Shown piece after piece: positions 1-10,715 of a stretch of 64,000 bases of DNA (position 1 is the stretch's first letter; every line of letters starts with the position of its first letter). A program made the position numbers and the translations under genes. The notes beneath the pieces were generated by a model. The model was not told where the DNA came from and made no database searches. It saw only the letters and a list, made by a program, of their open reading frames with translations. The stretch is from Torpedo marmorata (lineage: Eukaryota), in the NCBI GenBank assembly GCA_977017645.1, contig OZ360222.1, positions 228,532,001 through 228,596,000 of the forward strand. The letters run 5' to 3'.

Positions 1-224
1 CATCAAGCAGGTAGGCCGATCTTCTTCTTGAAATAAACTTTGTTGAAGCATTACTTTCCTTGCCTTCTGTTCTTTCATTTTTCTTGTAGCCATTGTTAAG
101 CCTTTAGTAAACACTTTTAACTTATTTTAAAACTAAATAAAGTATCTTATAAACAGTTTTTGATTAAATCTGTGGGGAGAGGTGTATTTCCACATCTCCC
201 ACCTACGCCATCAAACCACGCCCC
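1..224 (-). mobile_element. Probable 5' end (5' UTR and start of ORF1) of an L1-type LINE running off the left edge
   Basis: Minus strand begins GGGGCGTGGTTTGATGGCGTAGG at 224. An ATG at 93 opens a Lys/Glu/Gln-rich frame MATRKMKEQKARKVMLQQSLFQEEDRPTCLM with no stop to the window edge. L1 assignment is by resemblance only. Confidence 0.4.
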
Positions 225-1934
225 GGCTTGAGCTTTGATTGGGAGTTTTTTTGTTCTTTAAAAATGTTAAATAAAATACTTTAAATTAGATAAAGATGTA
301 TTTCTTATAGAGATGCCTTTGACTTGAAAATATTGCTCAGTCATTGCCACAAGTGGGCCATGGCATGTTACGCTGGAAGCCAGGTGGGCCTTAGACTGAA
401 AAAGGTTGAGAACCACTGGCTTAGATCTTCAAACATCTCCTCTAACAGTGCAATTAAGGGAATGGCAAATTCAAATTGTTTATTGTCACGTGTACTGAGA
501 TACCATGAAGAACTTAGCTTTGTGTGCTATCAAAGCAACTCACAAAAGGTCACCCTACTCTGACGCCACTTTGGATTTAAAAATTCACAGTAAACCAAGG
601 GTAAAGACAAAGCTGAAAGCCCAAACTCAAGTCCCCAGAACAAACAGCAGGCAATAAGATTAATCACAACAATGGTTAAAATGGATTATTCCTTGCATTT
701 TAACATCACAGACAATTCTATCATTGATGCCTGCCTTCGCTGGGAAGTGGTCAATGTTTTCCAAGGTCTTTATGTGGGTCTTGGTTGAGGACAGGGTTGT
801 GTTTCAGGGGCAGATTGGGAGGGGGTCCTTCGCTATGGAAAAGTACAAACCCACTCTTCACATCAGTGAATGAGTGATAATTAATTGGAACTCACCTTCT
901 GAACAGGTTTATATGCATGTTTTGCCTGCATTGCAGCTCAAGGGCAGAAGCTGGGAGGACCTTGAATCTATGGAGGCAATGTGCATTGAACATTGAACAG
1001 CTTCCCATTTGTCCTGTAGTCCAGTAGGCAGCTTGTTGTAGATGAGAATTTTTCTTGCTGCAAAGATGTACACGTGTTAGGTGATCAAACAATCTTACCA
1101 TTACCAGCTGATTAGCACAGTGGACTCAAAATGCTTCTTTTAACTTTGGAAACTAATTTTAAACATGCTTATACAAAAACTGAGGAAGGATTTTGAAGTT
1201 ATGTTGACACATGCATACAAAATATCCTTAAGACTGCAATATTTCCCAATCCTGCACAGATTTGCTGTCATATTTATATCTTCAAAGAATTTGGTTAAAG
1301 TTGCTGCAGATATTAGCTTGAAATAATATACTGAGTTTTCGTCACTGTATCAGGTCTGGTCACATTCCAAGACCAAGGCAAACAATGTCATGGCTTGTGA
1401 TAAGGCTCAAACGCGTTCCATTCCCTGATTCTGATCTTCTGACATTTCATTCAGGTTTGAGACTTAAGCTACACTGGCAGGTGAAGAGATCTGTTTCACC
1501 ATAATTATTTCTGCTCTCTGACCATGCAAACTGACATCACATGCAACTGTGCTGTTCCAATTGGATTGCCCCCAGTGATACATCTTTTGTAGAATTAATC
1601 TATTGATACATAATTTTTGGCAGTTGCAGTAATAATTGTGCATTTCATTAATTGAATCACAGGATGACATTGTTTGCAACCAAGTCTCTGGCTCTGAGAG
1701 ACAGCAAGTCAACCAGCTGTCATTGTGATAACAAACATTGACCATTTATCCATGCCATTATGCAAAGCAGCTTGTAATTGGTTGATGTTCACTGAATTAC
1801 TGCAAATATTGCTTTAAGTAGAATTTAGAAAACAAAGCATATTCAGTTTTTATCCCCAAATGGTGATTCTGCAAAAGGTCAAACTTCAGTTTCCATTTAA
1901 TACACAGAATATAGTTTCAGCGTTAACTGCTTAA

Positions 1935-2200
1935 TCATAGAATCACAGAGATCCAGCACAGAAACAGGCCTGTCAGCACAAAGTCCATGCTGACCAAACA
2001 CCCATTTACACTAATCCTATGTTAATTCAATTTTTAAAAATGTTCCCAACTTTCTTATCAATTCCTTCCAGATTCTACAACTCGCATGCAGTCACTAATT
2101 AATCTGCCAACCTGCATGAGCTGGGAGAAAAGCAGAACAGTGGAAGAAAGTCAGAGTCTGTAAACTGTGCACAGACAGTTCTTGGTGTCAGGTCTGGCTC
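1935..2200 (-). mobile_element. Degenerate V-SINE/CR1-tailed SINE fragment
   Basis: Plus strand reads ATCATAGAATCACAGAG..CAGCACAGAAACAGGCC..AAGTCCATGCTGACC, a CR1-type tail in reverse. Weak similarity to the SINEs at 38.4-39.1 kb. Confidence 0.5.
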
Positions 2201-2819
2201 TGTAGAAAATTGTATCCATCACTCAAGAAATTTGAAAGCTTAATTGTTAAGGTGGAAATTCCATTTGTATATTTTGTGCACTGAGCTAATTTTTTCATTC
2301 ATCTGTCATTAGAATATCTGATCAATCTCAACTTGGGAATTGAGGTGAAATTGAATGACAAGTATTTCTGATGTAATTTTAGGGTTATTGATGAGACCGA
2401 AGCCCATTGGCCAGTTTGTCTCCAAACCATGCATTGGATATTCATTGCACAGATCCACAGAACACAGGATCATTTATTTTTTATTTGCTTCTAACAGAAA
2501 GAAAGCAAAACCGTGGATTCTGGCAAATCACATTTTCCCTGCATCCAAAAACAATCAACTACAGTTGATTACCCAAATCTCTTTAAAACAATACCTCAGA
2601 AATTCATACAAAAGGATTTGTTGTGTAATGATACATGCACTACAGATTAAAAAAACTCTTGCTTTAGTGTTTACATACTCTAAGAATTTAGATAGAGAAA
2701 TTGAATCTATAACTGCATGTGGTCATTTTTTACCCTCGTGTATGTGAGATCCAATGGCGATATTGCAGTGATTGCATGCACACGCACGCATACACAGTTT
2801 GCAGTTAGTGAGGTGAACT

Positions 2820-3195
2820 GGGCAACATTTAAGGAAACGGCGGCAGATCTGAATGAACAGTGGTTACCAACTTTATCAAGCATTTCTATCCAAATCATAA
2901 GCCATGGATGAACCAAGGTATCTGCTGAAGACCAGATCTGTGGCATTTAGGATGGGAGATTCAGAAGCATACAGAAAGTCCAGGCACAACCTGGAGCAGG
3001 CTATCACCAGTGCAGAGACAATTCCGGACCAAGCTGGAGTCTCAGACTGCAGCAAGCAAGAATTTTGGCGCACACGTATATTGTAAAGGTAAAGGTTCCA
3101 TTATTGTCACGTAATACTACATTTAGAATGTAACATACATGAAATTCTTTAATTTTTGTCTACCGTAAGGCAGACAATGCATATGTCAATAAATG
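2820..3195 (+). mobile_element. Internally deleted Rex-Babar-derived element (ORF2 fragment fused to 3' tail), interrupted by a SINE tail
   Basis: Translation (KPWM..LLKTRSVAFRMGDSEAYRKSRHNLEQAI) parallels the Rex ORF at 21335 ([27 protein letters not shown]). Ends in CAATAAA. Confidence 0.65.
3085..3174 (-). mobile_element. 5'-truncated tail of the 5S-derived SINE family (nested insertion)
   Basis: Near-identical to 10136-10222. It splits the host sequence ATTGTA|CAATGCATATG, which is contiguous in the inverted copy near 4435-4450. Confidence 0.8.
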
Positions 3196-3969
3196 TGTTG
3201 TCATTCTTGCCAAGCAAAACCAACAATAACAAAGACTGCCCATATTAGACAAAAGTACAAGTTTCATGATAAATTATTAGTTTAGGAACCAAAGGATCCA
3301 CTGGTAAATTTTAACAGGTTTGGTAGAAAAATAATACACCCTTTGTGTCATCCACTAGCTTTGGGATTATTCTCTTGGGTACATTGTTTGTAATCTCTTT
3401 TCCTGCATGAGACAAGGCTTATCCAATTGAGTTTTTAAAAAAAAAAAGCATTCTCACAGAGGGGATCAACCTCACAACTGCAGATGATAAATTGAACTGA
3501 TTACTGATACTTACATGTTTTATAGTGTAATGAGAAGACCATGCTCATGAACACTCTGTTGAAAGGTAAATTAGTTCAAGACCACCGAGGCCAGCCACTT
3601 TCTGAATAGACAATGGAGGTGAGCCTCTCCTCGTTCTGCAGTGCATTTGGATCTGGAGAGATTTCATGGATGTTTAATTTTTCACAAGTGTTATTGCAAC
3701 CCTTTCGGATCATGGAGCGCTCCCTTCATAGTTCCTCCATCTTCTGGAGCAAGGCTTGAACCCATGACCATTGGACAGCAGGCACAATGCAAATAGTAGT
3801 TAATCTGTATCAAATGGTCTGACATTCTATTTAAATATAGAATGTTGACAATGATATTGACAATGCTTAAAACAATATCAAGAAATCATGAATATCTCAA
3901 AGTGTTTAGGCAAATTTTCTTTTTAAATTAAGCGCCACAAATCAATGGAGGACTCAAACTATCTATTCC

Positions 3970-4145
3970 AATGTTCGAATCCAGTACTGTCTGTAAGTTC
4001 TCCCTGTGAACTGTATGGGTTTTCACTGGCTGCTCCCGTTTCTTCTCACCCTCCAAAATGTATGGGATTGTAGGTTAATTGGGTGGCACAGGTTTCCATG
4101 GCTGAAATTGGCTTTTACCGTGTTATAAATTAACTTAAAATTTAA
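3970..4145 (+). mobile_element. tRNA-derived V-SINE, degenerate and 5'-truncated
   Basis: B-box-like GTTCGAATCC, then V-domain-like CTGTCTGTAAGTTCTCCCTGTG..TGGGTTTT..CTCCCGTTTC and an AT tail. Similar to 38790-39058. Confidence 0.7.
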
Positions 4146-4349
4146 AAAAAAATCAGGATCAGAGCAGAAGAGTCTATTCAGTACTGTTATTCTCAGAGAC
4201 CAAAACTATCAACTTCTCTACCTTGTTTACGTCTTTCAATCATATCACGAACACAAATTCCATCAGTCACAGACTTCTGGGCAAAAGAAATCCAGATGTA
4301 TAGCACACGTGGGGATGAAGTTGTTTCAGATTCCTTACTAGCCTCTTCA

Positions 4350-4574
4350 GAAACGTGTACTTTTGTCTCATATGGGTAGTCGTCTTTATTATTGTTGGTT
4401 TTGCTGTGTAGGTATGATGACGAGTCCATTGTCATATGCATTGTACAATGTACATGTGTGCCAAAACTCTTGCTTGCTGCAGTCTGAGACTCGAGCTCGG
4501 TCCGGAATTGTCTCTGCACTGGTGATGGCCTGCTCCAAGTTGTGCCTGGACTTTCTGTATGCTTCTCAATCTCC
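4350..4574 (-). repeat. Inverted duplicate of 2955-3265 (Rex-derived segment plus flank)
   Basis: Reverse complement matches GGAGATT..AGAAGCATACAGAAAGTCCAGGCACAAC..CAGACTGCAGCAAGCAAG and the flank AGCAAAACCAACAATAA..AGACAAAAGTACA. Confidence 0.8.
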
Positions 4575-4739
4575 AGTCCTAATTTTAATTTTGAGCTCCC
4601 TTTCTATGGATTTCTTCGATATCATAAATAATTTTTCATAACTTTTATATCAAATTACTTCTTGTTTGAACAGACAATATTTTTTATACCATCCTTCAAA
4701 TTTCAATTCTTCAACCAGTGTTGACATTCTGGTGTATTT

Positions 4740-5115
4740 CCTTACTGTCCTCTCCAAGATGTTATTCTGGAGATTTGGCATGTCATCAGCATCCCTGAAC
4801 AACTTCTTAAGGTTCACGATTGAAAGCATCTTATCAGGGTGTATCACTTGTAGAACTGGAGTTGCTCTGTCCAAAACCGCAATAAACAGCAGAGGGTTGT
4901 GAACATGGCTCAAGCCATCATACATGCCCCTTCCCCATCAATTCCATCTATAACTCCCACTGCCCTGGAAAGGCAGCCAAAATATGAAAAGACTCATTCC
5001 ATCCCAGCCATGCTTGCCTCACCCCCCTCCGGCAATTAGAAATAAGTTACTTCAGTATGAGATCACACCCCATCTGATTTGTGAACAGTATCTTTCCCAT
5101 TATCAAACCTCTGAA
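4740..5115 (+). mobile_element. Old Rex-Babar LINE 3' fragment
   Basis: Translation RFGMSSASLNNFLRFTIESILSGCIT resembles the Rex C-terminus at 22566-23108 (TTFYRGCIESILSNCII). Confidence 0.6.
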
Positions 5116-5254
5116 TGAATTTCACAAAAGTAAAATTATGCTGCGTTTGCTCTGTACCATCTGATTTATTTCCAACTCTGCACTTGCGTACGTGTCTTAG
5201 TTGTACTGAGATATCTAATTGGTCTTATTCCAAAACTATCACTCCATATTGGTA

Positions 5255-6217
5255 AAAAAAAAGTAAACACGAAAATCTGTAGACACCGTGGTTAGAGTAA
5301 AAAACACAAAAGCTGGAGAATTCAGCAGGTCAAACAGTGTCTTTTATGTAGCAAAGGTAGAAATACATAACCGACGTTTCAGGCTTGAGCCCTTCTTCAA
5401 AGTATGAGAAAATGCCGGCAGACGTCCGAACAAAGGAGTGAGGGGGGAAGGGGGGTGGGAAAGGCAGGAGATAATAGGTGGAGAAAGGAGGGAGGTGTGG
5501 GCGCAGGTGTTGCACCTCCTGCGGGCACAGGGGAAGGTGCAACACCTGTGCCCACACCTCCCCCCTCACCACTGTCCAGGGCCCCAAACAGGCCTTCCAA
5601 GTGAAGCAACACTTCACTTGTACATCCAGAGGACTTATTAACTGCATCCGGTGCTCCCTTTGTGGCTTTCTATACATTGGAGAGACCGGTCGTAGATTGG
5701 GAGATCGCTTCGCTCAGCACCTCCGCTCGGTTCGCAACAACAGCGACCTCCCAGTGGCCAACCATTTCAATTCTGGGTCACACTCCCACACTCACATGTC
5801 TGTCCATGGCCTCATGTACTATCCCACCCAGACTACCCACAAACTGGAGGAACAACATCTCATATTCCGTCTCGGCACTCTCCAGCCAGATGGAATTAAC
5901 ATTGACTTTTCTGCTTTCCACTAAACCTGCTTGTTGTTCCCTTCCCCTCCCCCCTCACCTGTCCTTCCTGTGTTTCTCCAGCTACCCAGCCATCCCTCCT
6001 CCCCCTCTTTGCTACTGTCCCCTCCCTCCTTTCTCCACCTATTATCTCCTGCCTTTCCCACCCCCCTTCCCCCCTCACTCCTTTGTTCGGACGTCTGCCG
6101 GCATTTTCTCATACTTTGAAGAAGGGCTCAAGCCTGAAACGTCGGTTATGTATTTCTACCTTTGCTACATAAAAGACACTGTTTGACCTGATGAGTTCTC
6201 CAGCTTTTGTGTTTTTT
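5255..6217 (+). mobile_element. Penelope-like element (PLE), 5'-truncated, with GIY-YIG endonuclease fragment and inverted pseudo-LTR
   Basis: ORF 5478-5924 has a Cys-rich linker and GIY-YIG-type motifs (LINCIRCSLCGFLYIGETGRRLGDRF..H..VANHF..EQHLIFRLGTLQPDGIN). About 200-bp near-identical inverted repeats at 5296-5494 and 6020-6220. The 14-bp direct repeat ACTCCATATTGGTA at 5241-5254 and 6218-6231 is the TSD. Confidence 0.92.
6110..6150 (+). ncRNA. Minimal hammerhead-ribozyme-like motif in the PLE terminal repeat (mirror copy at 5366-5406, minus strand)
   Basis: CATACT-TTGAAGA-A-GGGC TCAA GCCT-GAAA-CGTC-GGTTATG: a variant CUGANGA core (C3U), a stem II hairpin, GAAA, a palindromic ACGT stem III and a GUC site. 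Minimal hammerheads are an established PLE feature. Activity is not shown. Confidence 0.55.
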
Positions 6218-9200
6218 ACTCCATATTGGTACATTTGACAAACTTGAACACAGAACTCTTCTCAAAGCTTTGCTTGAAATTGAATCTGTAAGCAATCTTT
6301 CATTTTGCTTAACCTCTGACTAATTTTCTGGGCTTATGTAACTCTCCTTGACTAATTCTTCTGCATTTTTCTTGCTTTGTATCTCCACACCTTAACTGTC
6401 AGTGGTCATGTTTTCATCCATGTGCACTTTTAACTCTAGAATTCATTTCAAAAGTCCTGCGATTTTCCAATCTCTCCCTGTTGAAACACATAGCCAACTT
6501 TTTTTGATAACCTGGTCAATCTTTCCTGCTGGCTCTGTGAAAGGTCTGTGGACATTTTCCCACTTAAATGCAAGCATGTGGTTTGACGAAACCAAACAGG
6601 CCACCACAAAGTGAAAGGGCTAGTTCGGTCGATGTTTGGCCAAATTCACCATGTTGCTGTGGGAATGTTAAATTGTTAAAAACCGTTCATGCTCCTCGCA
6701 GAAAGATTAACAGGTTGCTTGGTAGCAGGTTACTCAAGTCATAACTACTTGGTTTGATAGCCAAGCAAGACCAGGACTGGGGGAAAAAAAAGTAAAGATT
6801 TACTTCGTACGCTCAATTAAAATAAAAGCATGATTTAAGGCCTTGGGATTCAGCGCTTCAAATTCCTTTCAATTTAAGTTGAAGTCAGACAGTGAAAGAT
6901 GAGGTACTGGCACGATTGTATGTTCCAGTTTCACAGATTTCCTGGGAATGAGGGTCAAGTTGCTGAAAAATAGCTTTATTTGACAAACTGTTGATAAAAC
7001 AATTTGTGAATTGCTTCGCATTAATAATAAATAATGGAGTACAGTTCCTTTGTGACATTTCTGCAGTATGTTCAAAAAGAAAAATGACTTGCTCTGCCAC
7101 ATAATTAAAAAATTGATGCTTTCTTACGAAGAATGTACTCACATTCTGTTTCAAACATCTGACTTTAAGTGGTCAGTTTGACCTCAATTAGCAAGGTCAT
7201 CTCCAAACATGTTCTCACACTTACGAGATTTGCAGAGGTGTTGTACTTTTGGATGAACATTTCAACTGATGTCCCACAGCCAGTTATCATTTATCTATAA
7301 TATTCTGACAATATTCATAGTGCAGCAAAATTTGCAGATGTCTACCTGATTTGATGTTGAAAAATATCTTGTGCTTTCGATCACAATTCATTATTTTTTA
7401 TTTGGAAGGTCAAACCAGGAACATGGCCCTTGTTTCTTCATCGCCTCACTTGGTTCAGCCAAATAAAAGCTTTTGGCTTCTTTCATGGAGATGTGCCTTG
7501 ATTAAACTTCTATTGTCTTCGTGCTTAAAGAGACAAAGGGAAAATCTATAGGACTTAGTGTGGCACATATTTCTGCTTTTGACATTAGGACCAGAATTAA
7601 ATACTTAAAAGATGAGCAGTAATGCTCTCGTGTTCTTCCTTTAGCGAAGCTTCCAAACCAATATACTCATGTTTTGACATTCCATGTTTCAGCATCCCAG
7701 AGTCTCTGTAAGAACCCAATAATTTGTACCACTATGCCTAGGGACTCAGTTGAAAATCCAGAATAAGAGTGCCAACTCTTTACAGCAAGCTTTTGAGGAC
7801 ATGGACCCTGACAAGCAGCTCTGATCTTGTCACCATCTTTTATTCATGCATTTTGTTCAGAGAATTTAAAAAAAAGTCAGCAGAGTATTAATAAAATATG
7901 CCACCATATTTAACTGTCTTTGTCTCTTTATGATGTTACATATTATTAGTACCTGGATTGATATTTTCAGTGAAATGAGATACTCTATTCAGGAGTAATT
8001 TCATCACCTATTAAAATTAAATCAACTGAAATGATGGCTAGCTGGAACATAGTATGAAAATGTAAAAAAAATACACTGGGAATATAAGCAACCAATGAAC
8101 AAAATATGGTTACCAGATGTATACACAAGAGAAATATCTTTTGCTCCATTAATCAAGCCCAGTGAGGCATTTTACAAATTATGAATACGGAAACAGTGTC
8201 CTGATTGATAGGGTGCTGTTGATATGGCATTACGGGTAGCTCTAAAGGCAACTGGGCTTTGGAAAGGAATGAAGCAAAACACTATATACTCTGCTGATAA
8301 ACACTGCAAACTCAATTTCCTGGTCACTTATAATAGTCGTGCAAATTTTTTTTAAATCTACATACTACAAATACAGGTTAGTAATCAATTTTCTGCACAC
8401 TGCTCTTAAAAATATCCACAACCCTTTGCAGATCATTTTATACAAAATCTTCAAAATATTATGAAAGATTAGATCAATGGACTTATTTTCAATTATGACT
8501 CCATGATTTACCAATTATTTGTTTTTACAAATTCTTTCAAAATTGTGTGATCAAAGTGTTATGTAAACAAGGTAGAGCACCCCTTAAAGGATTTTCCCCA
8601 TCTCATTTTATTATGTAGAGGTGATATTGCACATTAACCCCTTTGTCAGTTGTTCCCCTGAGATCACAGGAATTTCCTTCCTGCAAGTAGTGATTCACTT
8701 TGACCAAGATGTAATCTAGCCAGCTGCAGTCATGCTACATATACTCTACAGTAATAGTTATGCTCAAACACTAACAGTTGGAAGTGAGCAGTGCAGCCTG
8801 TTGTGCCCACCAAGTCCCCTTTTTTTTTTAACTACTGTTTGATTGAAAGGATGTTAAGTTCAGTGGAATGCCAAGGAAGTGTGCTTTGAAATGCTACACC
8901 ATTGTGATGCTTTACATTTTGATGAAAAAGTTTTGCTGCGTTAAAGTGGAAATATACAGAGAAGATTAACTCAAAGGGAGACATGGGGGAACAAAATCAT
9001 TACAGGCAGTAACTACAATTTCTGGCAAGTGAAATTGCAAGCAGAAGTTTGCAGCCAACAGCTTGCCTCCAAATGTATGAATCATACAGGTGCAAGAGGA
9101 AAAGGATAAACAGTGCAAGTATGGTAGGATTCCAATTCAAATGGACTGGCATTCAAATATTTCCCCTTCTTGATCACCTAATATCACTAGTTCTTGACCA

Positions 9201-10135
9201 GACCACCAGATGGAGTACTCAAACTGGAGAATGAAAACAACAAAAGGCACTTCCACAATAAAGATTCTGGGGGCTTGTACTAAATAACCAATAAGCAGAT
9301 TTCAAGATTAAAGTACAACTTTGACTTTGATGAACATGCCAATAAAGTTCAAATCAAGGGGAAATAGTGGCGTGTTTTGTGATGTAGGCATGTTTAGGTG
9401 ATAAAATATTCAGCATCTACCACTCAAACTGAGGGCTCCAGTTGACCTCGAATGAAAGCAGTGCAGGCTTCACAGACAGGGTGGGAAAAATCTTAATTGT
9501 ATTCAGCTGTTGGGCCATCTGTGCATTATTAAAGTAATTTGCACATTGGTAAGACAGTTTATCAACAAAACTTCAATATTACTTAAATAACAAGTGCATG
9601 TCCGTTCATCATAAATTCTGTCATTTTTCAAAAATAATTGTTTTGCTTCACTTCCTGTTCACCCCATCCCTACACCATTGCTTGTGATGGGAGAGCACAT
9701 GGACAGACATTTTTCAAACATCACCCCTGAATGCACCATGATGCATGGAGCATGTAATTCTGGGCATCGTTCCGGTCTCTTCACTAAACCCATATTTCAG
9801 CCTCCCCTTTGCTTGTCTCATCACTCGAGCAACAAGAAGAGTCAAGAATTTGGTAATTTTGCAGAACACCTGGTTAAAACACCAATATAATGCATTTTTA
9901 GCTTTATATTATACTTTATACAGACATATTCACAGATTTTTTTCAAGAACTTTACTGTACATTGTGTCAACATTTCTGCAAAGATTTGAGAACTACCATA
10001 CAGTATACGGTACTCTATGCTTCTTTCATGTACAGTGCCATTCTGCCATCTGCTGGCTGTTTGCAAATAATTCTCTTCTCGTTACCACCGGTGAGAAATC
10101 AATCCTTATTTTGGTTTGAAAGAGCACAGATATGT

Positions 10136-10355
10136 AAAGGTTCCATTATTGTCACGTAATACTACATTTAGAATGTAACATACATGAAATTCTTTAATTT
10201 TTCGTCTACCGTAAGGCAGACAGAGGGTCGCTATTTCGTCCAGCGCCCCACAGAAACCTAAAGCACCTGGTGTTCCTTGGAGGTCTCCCCTCCAAGTACT
10301 GACCAGTCCTGTGCCTGCTTAGCTTCCGAGATCAGACAATCCCAGTTGTATTCAG
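10136..10355 (-). mobile_element. 5S rRNA-derived SINE (SINE3 type)
   Basis: Minus strand 10355-10253 reads CTGAA..GTCTGATCTCGGAAGCTAAGCAGG..CTGGTCAGTACTTGGAGGGGAGACC..GGAACACCAGGTGCTTTAGGTTT, a diverged 5S rRNA with box A and box C. It is followed by a LINE-like tail ending GACAATAATGGAACCTTT. Confidence 0.88.
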
Positions 10356-10715
10356 TGCACTACTCTAACCCTAACGCTGGTAACCTTGGTAATTAAAATG
10401 CTGCACTACATGCCAGCATCATTCACAATTTACAGGGCACAAATGTGTCAAGCACAAAGGCATGGTTTTCTAATCATTATCTGTACGTCATGGATTATAT
10501 ATTGTCATACTTTAACTCATAACCTTGATTTCATTTTACTATTGTGGATGAATAAGTTATATGGAAAGAAAAGTAATATTTTTACTTGTGGAATATTGTA
10601 AAAAACATGGATTCTAAATGCATTATTTGACAATACAGATAATTATCATAAGTCTAATTCACAAGCTGGTGTGGAGAAAATACATTGTTTTGAGCTTTGC
10701 CAGCACTTTTGTGTA

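Noticed and set aside
6188-6204. Perfect CTGATGA hammerhead core
   Set aside because: No stem II or GAAA follows, and the mirror arm reads CTGCTGA, so this is a point mutation.
10253-10355. Functional 5S rRNA gene
   Set aside because: The 5' end is missing, there are many substitutions, there is no tandem array, and it is fused to a retroposon tail.
10364-10385. Telomere-like CTAACCCTAAC next to the SINE3 head
   Set aside because: Under two repeat units; not distinguishable from chance.
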